NCBI GenBank assembly: GCA_964016885.1
Contig: OZ024741.1
Location: 42,222,001-42,286,000, forward strand
Source of the DNA: Eledone cirrhosa
Taxonomy: Eukaryota
Reading direction: 5' to 3'
Length of the DNA: 64,000 bases
Both the position numbers and the translations under genes were made by a program. Positions 27,106 to 40,072 of this stretch are shown in pieces (position 1 is the stretch's first letter; each line of letters opens with the position of its first letter). Under the pieces are notes generated by a model that was not told the origin of the DNA, did not search any database, and worked only from the letters and a program-made list of their open reading frames with translations.

Positions 27106-28240
27106 AAAGCGCTTGAATTGACAATATATTTTTTAAATCTAAATTATTATCAGGATGTTAAATCTGGCATCGTACGTGAAAAATATCAGTTATCATACAC
27201 ACTCTTCTGAGTAATAAGGGATATTCAGTGCAGTTCTAAAAATATATCGAAGAAAGTAGTGGTTAAAAAGAGGATATTCACACAAGAAAATTTAAATCTT
27301 TTCAACAAGCACAAACATGTAATTAGATGTCTGTTATCAACACACGTGATTCAAATAAATCTTATGGACACTTTTTAGCTAATTTCGAACGTCTTTGTAA
27401 TGCATATTTTCTTGAGAAAAAGGTCTATTTTGAATAAATGGATGACTATAGGAATCTTTCGTAATTCTAAGCGAAAACAAAGCTATTTGAAATATATAAA
27501 CAATATAACCCCCGAGAGCAAGGAAAGACATAAAAAATATGTTAAAATTTTTAACGCATTGAAAGTAAACGCTGAAATCTTTTATTTTCTGAACCAAATT
27601 GAAAAACAAATTAAATGTTAAAAAAATGTGGTCAATTATGAAAACAATAACTTCTGAAAATAAGCTTGTTAATAATTACCCGAATTGCATACCAATAAAT
27701 GGTGAAAATGTGTACAACAAGAAGTTGATTGAGGAATTTAACAAATTTCTTTACCAATGTTGATCCAATATATAATAGGAACGATCGACTTTCGTCAAAT
27801 CGGACCGAGGGAACGATGTTTCCGTTGGTCTTTCCAATTGCTAATACTATCTATCGGTCGCAACTCCAGGTAGAAGGAGCAACGTGAAATAAAGTGTCTT
27901 GCTCAAGGACATAACGCATCGCCTGGTCCAGGAATCGAACTCACAACCTTACGATTGCGAATCCAATTCTCTAACCACTCAGCCACACGCCTTCACAAAT
28001 CTCCCACCAAAAAGACCAAAAGCCAGTAAAAACTTACTTGAGTTTCTTAAAAAAGACCAACCATTTATTCAAAATGAATCCAATTACGGATGAGGAATTA
28101 AAGAACGCATTCACTCCTCTGAAGACAACAAAAGCCTGGATATTAACTCCTTCAACACAAAGATTGTTAAAATTGCATAAAAGTGCCATAAAAGTGTCAT
28201 TAATACTTCATTTTCATCAGCAGTATGTCCGGATAAAATG
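26400..28240 (+). mobile_element. Degraded L2/Crack/Daphne-like LINE ORF2 fragment, interrupted by SINE B (about 27870-27997, minus strand)
   Basis: FLVICLQET, NIYRS, KWMTIGIFRNSKRK, NPITDEELKNAF. Confidence 0.55.
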
Positions 28241-28517
28241 AAATACCATTAATTAAGCAAAACAAGACCACAAATTTCACAAATTTCACAGTAGTGAAAT
28301 ACCAATATATGGAACATTACATTATGTAACATTCTCTCCTTATTTTAAATTACATTCCTTTGAAGTTCCAATGAGCCGCTCTGTTTTTAAATATGTTAAT
28401 TATTTTCAACTGAACCAGATCAATAATGATATATAGTCATCTGATCCAGAAATAATATATGTAGTAGCGAAACAATTGTAAACGGACATTATTATTATTA
28501 ATATTATTAATATATTA

Positions 28518-28710
28518 ACGGAGGTGGATTGGTAGTATCGGTAGAGGGTCGGACGCCATGCTTTCCAGTATAATTACGTCCCTTTACGATCTGAGTTCAA
28601 ATCCCGCCGAGGTTGACTTTGCCTTTCATCCTTACGGGGTCGATAAAATAAAGTACCAGTAATGCACTGGGTAATTGCTGGCCTTGTGCCTAAAGTAGAA
28701 ACAATTATTA
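28518..28710 (+). mobile_element. SINE family A within (ATT)n
   Basis: Full family A copy flanked by attatt repeats. Confidence 0.85.
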
Positions 28711-28821
28711 TTAATATTATTATTATTATTCTCTACATTCCTTACATCAAACTAAAATATGTTGACAATATTTTAATAATGTCTTCCTTGTGAAATTTGT
28801 GGTCTTGTTTTGCTTAACTAA

Positions 28822-28857
<36 letters not shown>

Positions 28858-28858
<1 letters not shown>

Positions 28859-29200
28859 TTTTCGGCGAAAGAGGCAGATTACCAAATATACTATACATAC
28901 ATTCATGTAAGGACAATCCTAATACCTAATTTTTGCTGGACCAGCAATCGCTCTGTATAATCAGCTCCTGATTGTTACTGGAATTCTATAAGAATCCAGG
29001 TTCTATAATTTTCGGCGAAAGCAGAGGAGTACGTGGACCTGATGAACGCCAACCAGCATGGAACAGACTGTCAGTTTCTCTCCCTTCTTTCGCCAAAAAG
29101 AAGTAAGTGACATAGTCACTACTTTAAAACTGATACCGTATGGTCTTCTAAATGTTTTCAATTAAACATACGGTATATTGCCAAATATACTATACATACA

Positions 29201-29251
<51 letters not shown>

Positions 29252-29274
29252 GTATATATATATATATATATACG

Positions 29275-29345
<71 letters not shown>

Positions 29346-29373
29346 GAATGTATGTATATTATATTTGGCAATA
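28858..29373. repeat. TA-embedded element with direct and inverted repeats and a degenerate HHR (29039-29072)
   Basis: ttttcggcgaaag twice; ccaaatatactatacatacattcat at 28882 and 29181, inverted at 29344-29373; CTGATGA..GGAAC agact GTC. Confidence 0.5.
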
Positions 29374-29456
29374 TATGCTTTTTCTCAAAACAACGTTTTT
29401 CCGTTCATTCCCCTTCTCTCTCTACATTTCTATTTCATCTTTGATTTCTCATTCTA

Positions 29457-29492
29457 TCTTCTAATGAAGGACCTATCTCCGAAACGTAAAGA
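29457..29492 (+). ncRNA. Degenerate HHR (G5A) in a solo PLE 3' end
   Basis: tctt CTAATGA a gga cctatc tcc GAAAC gta aaga; same layout as 21953. Confidence 0.55.
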
Positions 29493-29576
29493 CTCTTTAC
29501 CTTCTATATCAAGTGTTAAACTAATATATATCATTATTGTATTGTGTTGTTTGCCTTGTTATCTCTGTCTACGTTA

Positions 29577-29625
<49 letters not shown>

Positions 29626-29630
<5 letters not shown>

Positions 29631-29818
29631 AACCAGTAAGACCCCGACAGCTGAGCTCAAGCCGTTTCGACGGCTAATTCTGGACTGAATTAGCCGTCGA
29701 AACGGCTTGAGCTCAGCTGTCGGGGTCTTACTCGTTCCTATTACCCACTCTACTACCTCAAGTATTGAGTACTTTGGTGCGTTATGGTCCACCTGGTTCC
29801 TTACCACATTTCCTTCGT
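29626..29818. mobile_element. Fold-back hairpin element in (TA)n
   Basis: Arms 29626-29680 and 29687-29741 plus a unique tail; inverted copy at 33697-33900. Confidence 0.8.
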
Positions 29819-32800
29819 TATATATATATATATATATATATATATAGGAAAAGAGTCAGAACCCCGACGGCTGAGCTCTGGTCGTTTCGACAGCTAACAT
29901 GTTGGGTGTAGTGCTGTAGGAAATTTTAACAGTGTTTCTGCTGATGATATATATATATGCAATTTATTGCCAGAGTATAAAGGAGATATGCAAATAAGAG
30001 GTGTTGGCCATCTTAAGTGATTAGCTTGTGTGAGATAATATGTTACTCAAAATAAAATTTAGTTTTCAACTCGCAGTAGAAGCTTCAGGATTTATATTAG
30101 ATTAAGCGACATTATAAAGAAAGATCAAAAGCAAAGGAGATTCTTTTAATGAGATCGTGTAATGATTTCAATTTTACTGATAAAGCTGAAATTACGACTT
30201 AATTGGAGATAATAATATGTTTAGTATTTCAATTTCTTTTTTGTTTTGACGAAATAGCACACGTAATTATATTTTATAATTTTATAAATACAATTTTAAA
30301 AGTCAGCAAATTTATGAAATTTACAACAGAGCGTCTAATAATTTTTTTCATTTTTGTTTCATTGGGTCATCTAATGGAATGGGACGACTTATATGCTGAA
30401 TAGTTAATCATTTTACTTCCAGGTTCAAATTCCCTGCGCGGCACCTTAACTGGGTACATCGAATGCACAGTGAGTGAAACTAGGTAGACGGGAAAATGTC
30501 TGCAAGCCCGTCGAATAGACTGTCTGTAACTGTAATTCACAAATCTTGAGAAAATGTCATTTCATAGTCTTGTAAAGCATTCCCTCCAGTCGAGGGTCGG
30601 TATGCCTGAGCTGGGCAATGGGTTGAGCTCCAGCTGGCCTATGAAATGGCTCAAACAGGTTGTGTTTATCTTCTCTGCTGGCCAAACTCCTTCCCAAATT
30701 GGGTTGAGTGTGAAACCAAGAGCTCGGCGCTATAACCGATGCAATGCTTACATTGCACTTTTCTAAAGTATATATACCTGCAGCCCGGTACCGCTGGTGA
30801 AACCAATCGACCAAAGAAACTCCATTGAAATTAACTTACACTATGAATTCTTTCGATGACGTCTGCTTAATACACCCCGGGTGAACGCTGCTACAATTAC
30901 AAGTAATTATTCCCTCCAGCGCTCTAGCAATTATTTTAATCTAATTCAACACCCCGGACGCATACTTTATTTCTCGACCTCGAAGGGATGAAAGGTAATG
31001 TGTAAAAATATCACTTCGGTGGAATTTAAAATTAGAGTGCACAGAGAGTCAGATGAAATACCGCAAAATCATTCTATCTATTGCTCCAAGAATTCTGCTA
31101 ATTATCCATTGAAATAATTAGTCGACATAAGTAAATACTGTTACAGTTAACATCTACAGACTGTGGTGTTGTCAATATTTACAGATTCTCAAATATACAA
31201 ACCAAATTTTCTTAAGTCAATATCTTATATATTTCAAAAGATCTCTTTAGTCTATTTATTTGCCATATAGGTCTATCCAGAGCATATCTAAGGAACTAGA
31301 GACGACGGTCTCACTATGAATATACTACATCTACAAAATAAATCTATCTCAGTCTTCTCTAAAGTGGGTTGCAGGAACTTCAAGTCTCTGCCAAAAAATT
31401 TGTGGAGTTCTGCGAGAGGTTTTCGAAGTCGTACTTGATTCGAGACCATGTATTGAATCTAAAGTGATTATCCTGAAAGTGTCATTCTACCCTTTCCCCA
31501 AATACATAAAACCCTTTAAATCCACTTTACATTTATCATTTATTTCCGGATGTTAAACATTTCGTCGCACTGTTTGTGACCTTGTCAGCGACGTAATTCA
31601 CAAAAGAACTGCAATTCACAAAAGAAACATTAAAATTACTTTTTATATGAATAAATTCTCTCTCTAAAACAAGTTTTTGTTTCATTTAAAGTTTTATTAA
31701 AATTCGTTAGGAGACTGACTCTTCAATATAGATATGGGTTCGGTGATTTTGGAGAAAATTTTATAAGGGTCGGTGGCCAAATAATTTTTGAAACTACAAG
31801 TGACATATGTAACATATATAGTCTGTAGTTGAACTAAAATCTGTTGACTGATCGTTATCATTAATTACAACGAGTTAACTTCTATACAGTCACACACTCT
31901 TCTAGAAATAACAACTAAATTTTATTCTCTCAGTTTAAAAAATCAACAACTTTTTAGTGAGATAGAGAAAGACACTGCCCATACCCCCTTTCAGAGCCTT
32001 CAAGACTGGTCGGAGGGAGAGAGGAACAACGAGGAAGGTATCCTAAAACAGAAAGGCTGGTCTAAATGCTTGCAAGAGTGTAGAGTCTACTAAAGGCACC
32101 CAAGTCTAGGTGGTAGTATTATATCGGATGACGGTTTAATTCTACAACACCATTTACCGTCTGAAAAAAAATGAAGGACACGCTGGACAATCTAGTGTAG
32201 TCCTAGATATACAAAGGTCTAAATGGTTGCGGTTAGACGAACTTTTATCATGTTTGCTCGATAAGAACGGTAACATCATCTAGCAGACCAAATCTGTCGC
32301 CCGGCTTAACCCTATCCCCTGGTCCTTGTGTGCTCTCGAGGAGTCCACTCTGTTGCAAGCATTCAATCCAGATCTCCGGATTGGGGATATCTTCCACCCG
32401 TCTTTCGCCCTCCTTCCCATCTTCTTCCTAACCTCCATCCATCCCTCTCTCTCAACAGTCTCAGGTGCCATGAAGATAGTCAGAGTCACTGCCCTTTCCT
32501 ACCCCAATAGACAGTAACAAAACACACACCCCTACAACGACAATTACAGCATCAACATAAAACAATGTCACCTACTAGTATAACAACTATTATACAATAT
32601 CAGCTTCCAGAACAGCAACTACAACATCTACAGGTAAAAGAAATATGTATTATTTCATTTCAGTAATTCCATTTCTTTTATATGTATTTTCATTCATCAA
32701 ATCAACTTTAACAGAAATATAGCAGAAGACGACCAGAAGAGGAAATAAAGAAGCAACAACAAATATTGGGAAATGATAACATTGGGTATTTAAATATTGT

Positions 32801-33479
32801 TTTCCTTGGCTTCATTCCCTAGCAGCATGGTGAACTATGTGATTGACCCCCCCCCCCCAAAAAAAAACCACCCCAAAAAACAAACAAAAAGAAACAAAAC
32901 AACAACAACAGAAAACCCCCACAAAAACAAAAAAAAAACAAAAAGAAAACTTGGCAAGTTTTAACTATAAATTTCAAGGAAGAATACAGTAAATATTATA
33001 AGAGGTCAAATATTCTTTCAGCATGAGATGAAAAACAGATAAGAATGAAGAAATAAACCCATCTAGTAAGAAAAACAGTGTGACAGCGTGTTATAACTGT
33101 CATATATAGAGATGTTTTATGGCACATAACAAGCCTTATCTTTATCCCTGGATAACTATTGATCTCTCTCTAGATCGATGTTTTTCTCTTTCCTTTCCCG
33201 TTTTCTTCGGATATAGAGTCAAAGTAAAAGCAAGAACTATTTCTTCTTACTTGAGAAACAAAACTATTTATTTTTAAAGAGGCCCATATAACATAATTGT
33301 TTCTACTTTTTGGCACAAGGCCAGCAATAACCCAGTGCATTACTGGTAGTTTATTTTATCGACCCCGTAAGGATGAAAGGCAAAGTTAACCAGGCACATA
33401 TAACATAATGCAATACAAACATACACTCACACATTATATATATATGCATGTATAAACGTGTGTATATATATATATATAG

Positions 33480-33643
33480 TAATAATAATAAATTTGAAGA
33501 CTAAAGTCCAAAGAGGGCTCGATAAGGATAAATATATATCAGATATATAAGAACCGTAGAGCAAATATTTATTAATAGTTTCAGAAGATCCCGTTAAGGG
33601 CGAAAGCAGCGTTTCTTTGCTTAAACTTTAATCTGTTATTTTA

Positions 33644-33650
<7 letters not shown>
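33480..33650. mobile_element. Family D HHR element with internal inversion
   Basis: Matches 63790-63950, but the HHR-bearing segment is flipped. Confidence 0.75.
33578..33626 (+). ncRNA. Hammerhead-like motif with CAGAAGA core (family D)
   Basis: gttt CAGAAGA tccc gttaa gggc GAAA gca gcgtttctt tgct t aaac. Confidence 0.6.
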
Positions 33651-33696
<46 letters not shown>

Positions 33697-33697
<1 letters not shown>

Positions 33698-34173
33698 CGA
33701 AGGAAATGTGGTAAGGAACCAGGTGGACCATAACGCACCAAAGTACTCAATACTTAGGGTAGTAGAGTGGGTAATAGGAACGAGTAGGACTCCGACGGCT
33801 GAGCTCAAGCCGTTTCGACGGCTAATTCTGGACTCATTCGTCTAGAATTAGCCGTCGAAACGGCTTGAGCTCAGCCGTCGGAGTCCTACTCGTTCCTATA
33901 TATATATATAGCGAAGGAAGTGTGGTAAGGGACCAGGTAGACCATAACGCACCAGAGTACTCAATATTTTGGGTAGTAGAGTGGGTAATAGGAAAATGTT
34001 CAACACCCCGACGGCAGAGCTGAAGCCGTTTCGACGGCTATTTCTGGACTAAATTAGATATTTAGCGTGGTAGTAAATAGCCAATTACTACCACGCTAAA
34101 AATCTAATTTAGTCCAGAAATAGCAGTCGAAACGGCTTGAGCTCTGCCGTCGGGGTCTTGAACATTTTCCTAT
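33697..34173. mobile_element. Two adjacent fold-back hairpin elements (33697-33900 and 33911-34173)
   Basis: Both are homologous to 29626-29818, are palindromic, and are separated by (TA)n. Confidence 0.8.
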
Positions 34174-34184
34174 ATATATATATG

Positions 34185-34290
<106 letters not shown>

Positions 34291-34321
34291 ATATATATTA
34301 TATATATATATATGTATATAA

Positions 34322-36791
34322 TTACTGATAGCTAGTGTCAACTCCTTCGTTAAGCGTATTAGATGGCGCACTTTCCACTTCGATAAGAGAAATAAGAAAT
34401 CAACCACGGTGTCCCCCAATAACAAATTCGGTTTTAAAACCTATAGGAGCCCGCCCCATAACTCCATGCTAGATGGATTTGAGAATGACCTCCTATCACT
34501 AGTAAGGGATATTAAGTTTAAAAACCCCCATGGGAATAGCAACAAATTCCGGATGAAACTGGAAACCTTAGTTAAGGACTTTAACGATAAAAGAGATATC
34601 CTGGTCACCTCGGATAAAACCAGAAATATTTATAGCTTAAATTATAATACGTATCGTAGGTTTATATACAATGAATTAAATAGAAACTATAAAAAGACAA
34701 CAAGCGCAAACTTAGATGAAATTAATAAGGAAGCATGCGCCATAGTGGATAAATTAGGTCTGGAAAAGTATACCCAACCATATACCCCTAGGCAACCCAG
34801 GTTCACCCTTAAAGACCATAAGGCTGACTTCATTAGTAAACCCTCTGTTAGATTAATTAGCCCATCGAAGTCAGATATAGGAATTATCAGTAAGAAAATT
34901 TTAGACGACGTTATACCCACCATCAGGAGGAAAATATATCTAGAGCTATGGGAGAATACGGAAGAGGTTTTGAAATGGTTCTCAAGCCTTAGCAACCATA
35001 AATCCCTTAAATTTATAAAATTCGACATCGATGCGTACTACACCTCAATCTCCCCCATACTCCTTAATAAGGCCCTAATCATGGCCATGCAGAAAAGTGA
35101 CCTCACTAGGTCTCAAATTGATGTCATTCTTGCAGCCAGGAAAACGATAATCACATTTGAGGATGAATTGTGGACCCGCAAGAATACGCCCAATAACTTC
35201 GACATCACAATGGGATCTAGTGACTCTGCACAAGTAACGGACCTGGTAGGATTGTACCTCTTAAAGGAGTTACATGAGACATTACCACACTTGAAGGGCG
35301 GCTTATACCGTGATGACGCCCTCCTCACTCTCGAGTATAAAAAGTGCAATATAGAAAGAACTAGGAAACAGTTACGTAGGTTCTTTAAAAAAATTTAATC
35401 TAAGTATTACCATAGATGCAAATGATAAAACAGTAAACTTCCTAGACGCCACCCTTGACCTAGAAAGTAAAACATTTGCACCCTACCATAAACCTAACGA
35501 TAGACTAACATATGTAGACGCCAGCTCTAACCACCCCAAATCAGTCTTAAACGCTATTCCCAAGGGGGTCTCTAATAGAATTAGCAGACTGTTCTGTAAT
35601 GAGAGTATCTTCAACTCCAATGCAGAGTATTATGACAAGACCCTAGCAGAATCTGGTTACGGGAGTAGATTATCATATATACATAAGGACTCCCAAACCA
35701 TGAGCGTGAAACCTACCAACATAATCACACATAGTATGGCCACAAAGCCTAACCAACTTAGAGGCAAGAATAATAGTAAGAACCCTAATGGCGGTAACCC
35801 AGCTAAATGTAAACCACGTAAAGACAATACTAGAGTCCCTCACCACAATTCTAAAACAGTAAATGATCACGCCATGAATATAAACCATCCGGGCTTAAGC
35901 AAAACAGACAACGCCACTAACGCTAATAACGGAACCCTACAAAATAGTACGCACAGTAGCGAGACTCACCCCACAGATAAGAAAAATAGAAGAAGGAAAA
36001 ACATGTATTTTAACCCACCTTTTAACTCTGAGGTCCTCACTAACCTCCCCAGAGTATTCTTCTCATTATTGGAAAAAAACTTCCCACCAGGCAATAGATA
36101 TCGCAACATAATTAACAAAAACGTAATTAAATTATCCTATTCGACCACACCTAACCTCGCATCACACCTAGCACGCACGAACATTAGGAAAACTAGGGAA
36201 GGTTTCGAAGCAATTAAAATGACAGTTAAACACCAGCAACCGACTACACTGGAAAATGGGCAACATAATAGCATCAATGAGCCATCTAATGATATAGAGG
36301 CACCCAGTGATAATGCTAGTAACCAAACTTCGGAAGGTACGCTAACTAATCGAACCCGCAGTTGCAATTGTAGGCGGAGTAGTAATTGTCCCCTAAGGGG
36401 GGATTGCCTCATGAAAAACATCGTATATGCATGTGACGTAACCACATACAACTCTACCAAAACATATATAGGAGCAACGTCCAATACATTTAAAACTAGA
36501 TTTAACGCGCATATGTTCACATTTAGACACGATAGACATAAGAATGCCACCTCACTGGCGGTATACATCTCCTTTTAAAAAAATAATAGTACCCCATACA
36601 AACTTTTTTGGAGGAATCTTACTAGATCCACGCCATACCGACCGCAGAGTGGAAGTTGTGACCTGTGTTTACTGGAATGCCATGCCATAATACACTCTAA
36701 ACTGAACCTGCTTAACAGGAAATCGGAAATTTTCTCCTCTTGCCAACACAAAATCCTGAGTTCCTTCTTCTATTTTAAACCTAGCACATAG
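34322..36791 (+). pseudogene. Naiad RT-GIY-YIG polyprotein, two frameshifts in A/T runs (about 35393 and 36575)
   Basis: FGFKT, SDKTRNIY, TLKDHK, RLISPSKS, FDIDAYYTSI, FDITMGS, GLYRDD, VNFLD, SNHP, YFNPP, IKLSYS, CNCRRSSNCPL, NIVY..YIG..FKTRF, CDLC..LLNRKSE..CQH. Confidence 0.88.
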
Positions 36792-38077
36792 AATGTAACA
36801 TATATCACGCAACCCCCACCTAGACTATAGCCCCCCTCCCCCAACCTGTAACCCAGATAGATAGGTACCCTAAGGGTGGTACAGTCCCCTACAAGGTTGG
36901 TGTTTTTGCGTGTGTGTGTATGTGTGTGTATGTGTGTGTGTATTCTCCGTTTCTCTCTCTCACACACACACACATGGACATATGTATGTGTGTGTGCGTG
37001 CGTGTGTGCATGCATGCATGCATGCATGCATGTGTGCGTGCATTGTATGCATGTATATTGTATATATATATATATATGTATATTGTATGCATGCGTATTA
37101 TATTGTGTGTATGTGTATATGTGACATGTATGTGAATATATGTATGCGTATGTGTGTGTATGTGTATATGTGAGTGTATGATATGTGTATATATGTGTAT
37201 ATGTATGTATACTTTTCTGTAGAAATCATCTCTATATGTGGTGTGTGGCACGAATTCCTCCTATACTCTTCTTTGAGAGGAGCACGATATGCAGAGTAAC
37301 ACATATGTATTGTCGAAGTAGAAACTGAGAACCACCACCCCTCCTGCTGACCCAAATGTTTACTGAGGACCAGAACACCATTCTCCGCAATATAAGAGAG
37401 AAATGCGCTTGCCGGACTATTGATGACCATAACATCACATTCCAAGGTAATGGCAAAACACAGTGAATGCTATGCACGACCAGAACACCACAGCATGCAC
37501 ATCTGAGCAACACAGATATAATATCAATAGGCGAATCAACTGAATTTTTTGAGTTGAAATACATATGGATATGTGTCTGTGTGTATCGGATACACGTACA
37601 CATAAAGAAGCTGCTGACCTAAATGTACCTATCATGCCTGTCTGAATTCCTAAGGGAATTTTCGGCCAGTTGCTGTCTTGACCGATTGTAGTACCAGTGG
37701 GTGAATCAATTGAGTTTTTTTGAGTTGAAATACATATAAATGTGTGTCTGTGCGTGTCGGACACACGTACATATAAAGATTCTAATTACCTCATGTACTT
37801 TCTCCTCCGTTATATATATATTGTATGCCCTTTGTGTTTGTGTAGCCTCTGCACACCCTCTGCACCATACTATCGACGCCACCCCATATATGGTTCAGCT
37901 AACCACTCGACTCCCGGGAATGAATATGACCGCAGCTAGTAAACAAGGACCCACACCCCACCCTCCCGCACCAAAATTAGACTTATCGTCCCATACTTTT
38001 GCTCTTTACTCTCTTTACTCTTTGTTCTTGAATGTTTGGTTGGTAGAGTCCATAACACCAATCAAACCCCTTTTTTA

Positions 38078-38122
38078 GCTCTGACAAATCCTACGGTTAC
38101 GTAAGGAAGAAACATTGTAAGC
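38078..38122 (+). ncRNA. Degenerate HHR (G8A) at the Naiad 3' end
   Basis: gct CTGACAA atcc..agga a GAAAC att GTA agc; homologous to 60841-60878. Confidence 0.6.
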
Positions 38123-38201
38123 CAATAAAAATCTTTTGATGTTGTAGACGCTCTTGTGTTCTTTATCATATATATATATATATATATATACATATATATA
38201 T

Positions 38202-38236
<35 letters not shown>

Positions 38237-38248
38237 CAGTCCAAGTCC

Positions 38249-38283
38249 GAGCTGAAGATCCGCAAGGTGAAACATTTGTTCTC
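38249..38283 (+). ncRNA. Type I minimal hammerhead ribozyme
   Basis: gag CTGAAGA tcc gcaa ggt GAAAC attt GTT ctc. Confidence 0.65.
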
Positions 38284-38336
38284 AGTATCGTGAACTAACT
38301 GTTGTGTTACTACTTCTCTCTCTCTCTCTCTCTTTC

Positions 38337-38396
<60 letters not shown>

Positions 38397-38722
38397 TGCG
38401 TATATATCTCTGAACAGTCTGGGCCAATTAAAATTAGCAGTTATACAATTATATAACCAGCGGTTGTAACGCACAACCACCGAGACTTTTCAAATTTTTA
38501 AACATTCTTAAAAGTTACATTATAAATATTAACCATTATTAGATTGTACTGGGTAATTGCTGGCCTTGTGCCAATAGTAGAAACAATTATAAGATATGTT
38601 TCACTTAAATATAGATTTGCTTAAATATTTTACATCGTTGGTTCAGTTACTCTATCAATTATTTAGACTAATATTTACGTTTATGTATTTAATCATTTCC
38701 ATGTTTATCTGGACAAATAACT

Positions 38723-38826
<104 letters not shown>

Positions 38827-38827
38827 A

Positions 38828-38897
<70 letters not shown>

Positions 38898-39770
38898 TCT
38901 CTCTCTCTCTATCTATTTATCTATTCTCCTCTCTTTCTGAAGGGTGCACCTTCCCCTTCTTACTGAGCCCATCAGAAGATATCAGTGAAGAATTTGTTAA
39001 CTGATTTTGAGCTTAAAAGGGATCAATGAAAGTATAATACGTCAAGTATCGTTTTAAAACATAAATTACATTTGTTTTATTCTATTAGGCTGCCTCTAGT
39101 AGTGCTTCTCTTACTGTCCCTCTCTCAATACACACGTATGTACGTACATACATACGAGCGGATGCTGAAAACATCCTTCCAGGTACATCCAGAATAAGAT
39201 GACTTCTGTGCTGCCTCCTAACAACACAGTAAATTGCACATTTTCACCACTGCTTCGTACCAAGTAACTTTAAGTTTCTGTCAAATCAATGCAGAATCAA
39301 TTTCTGGAAACCTGGAAACTTTACAAGACATATGACGAAAGTTTCTAACAACAGTTGTATGTGTCGTATTAATTAATCTATCGCGGTAAATAGAAAATAG
39401 CCAAGCCATACTTGATAAGGTCACACTACTGTAAGTCTTGTTTTAAGTAAATGCACAAGAAGAAAGTTTTCATCGGCTTTGGTGCTTCACAGGCAATATA
39501 GTGGGAAGAATCAACAAGGTCAAAAATCGTTAATAAATATTTGAAAATATCTTTTGTTTTTCAGATACTCAAACATCTAATTCTTCATTTCCATAAACTG
39601 TTCATATTGTTACTCATAAAGAGACCTCACAACTTTTGAACTCTCTTTTGAACTCATAATACAGATAATGTTTTGATGCATTTTCCTAATTTGGCGGCCA
39701 TTTTGATTAGTTTCTTAGAAATGTTGGCCATTACAGAAATAGAAGTAGAGAGGGAGAGAGAGAGAGAGAG

Positions 39771-39862
<92 letters not shown>

Positions 39863-39952
39863 TAAAGAGGGGAATGAAGGAGAAATCAGGATAGATAGAG
39901 ATAAATAGAGATACCTACCTAGAGATTGATATAGTGATAAGAATATAGGTAT

Positions 39953-40000
<48 letters not shown>

Positions 40001-40001
40001 C

Positions 40002-40072
<71 letters not shown>

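Larger units (their letters stand above)
34321..38168 (+). mobile_element. Naiad-type Penelope-like element, near full-length, 5'-truncated
   Basis: RT plus C-terminal GIY-YIG, long 3' UTR, HHR plus aataaa, both ends in (TA)n. Confidence 0.88.

Noticed and set aside
34322-36791. Selenoprotein-type Naiad (in-frame UGA with SECIS)
   Set aside because: Conserved cysteines read as Cys codons in all three Naiads; disruptions are frameshifts rather than UGA
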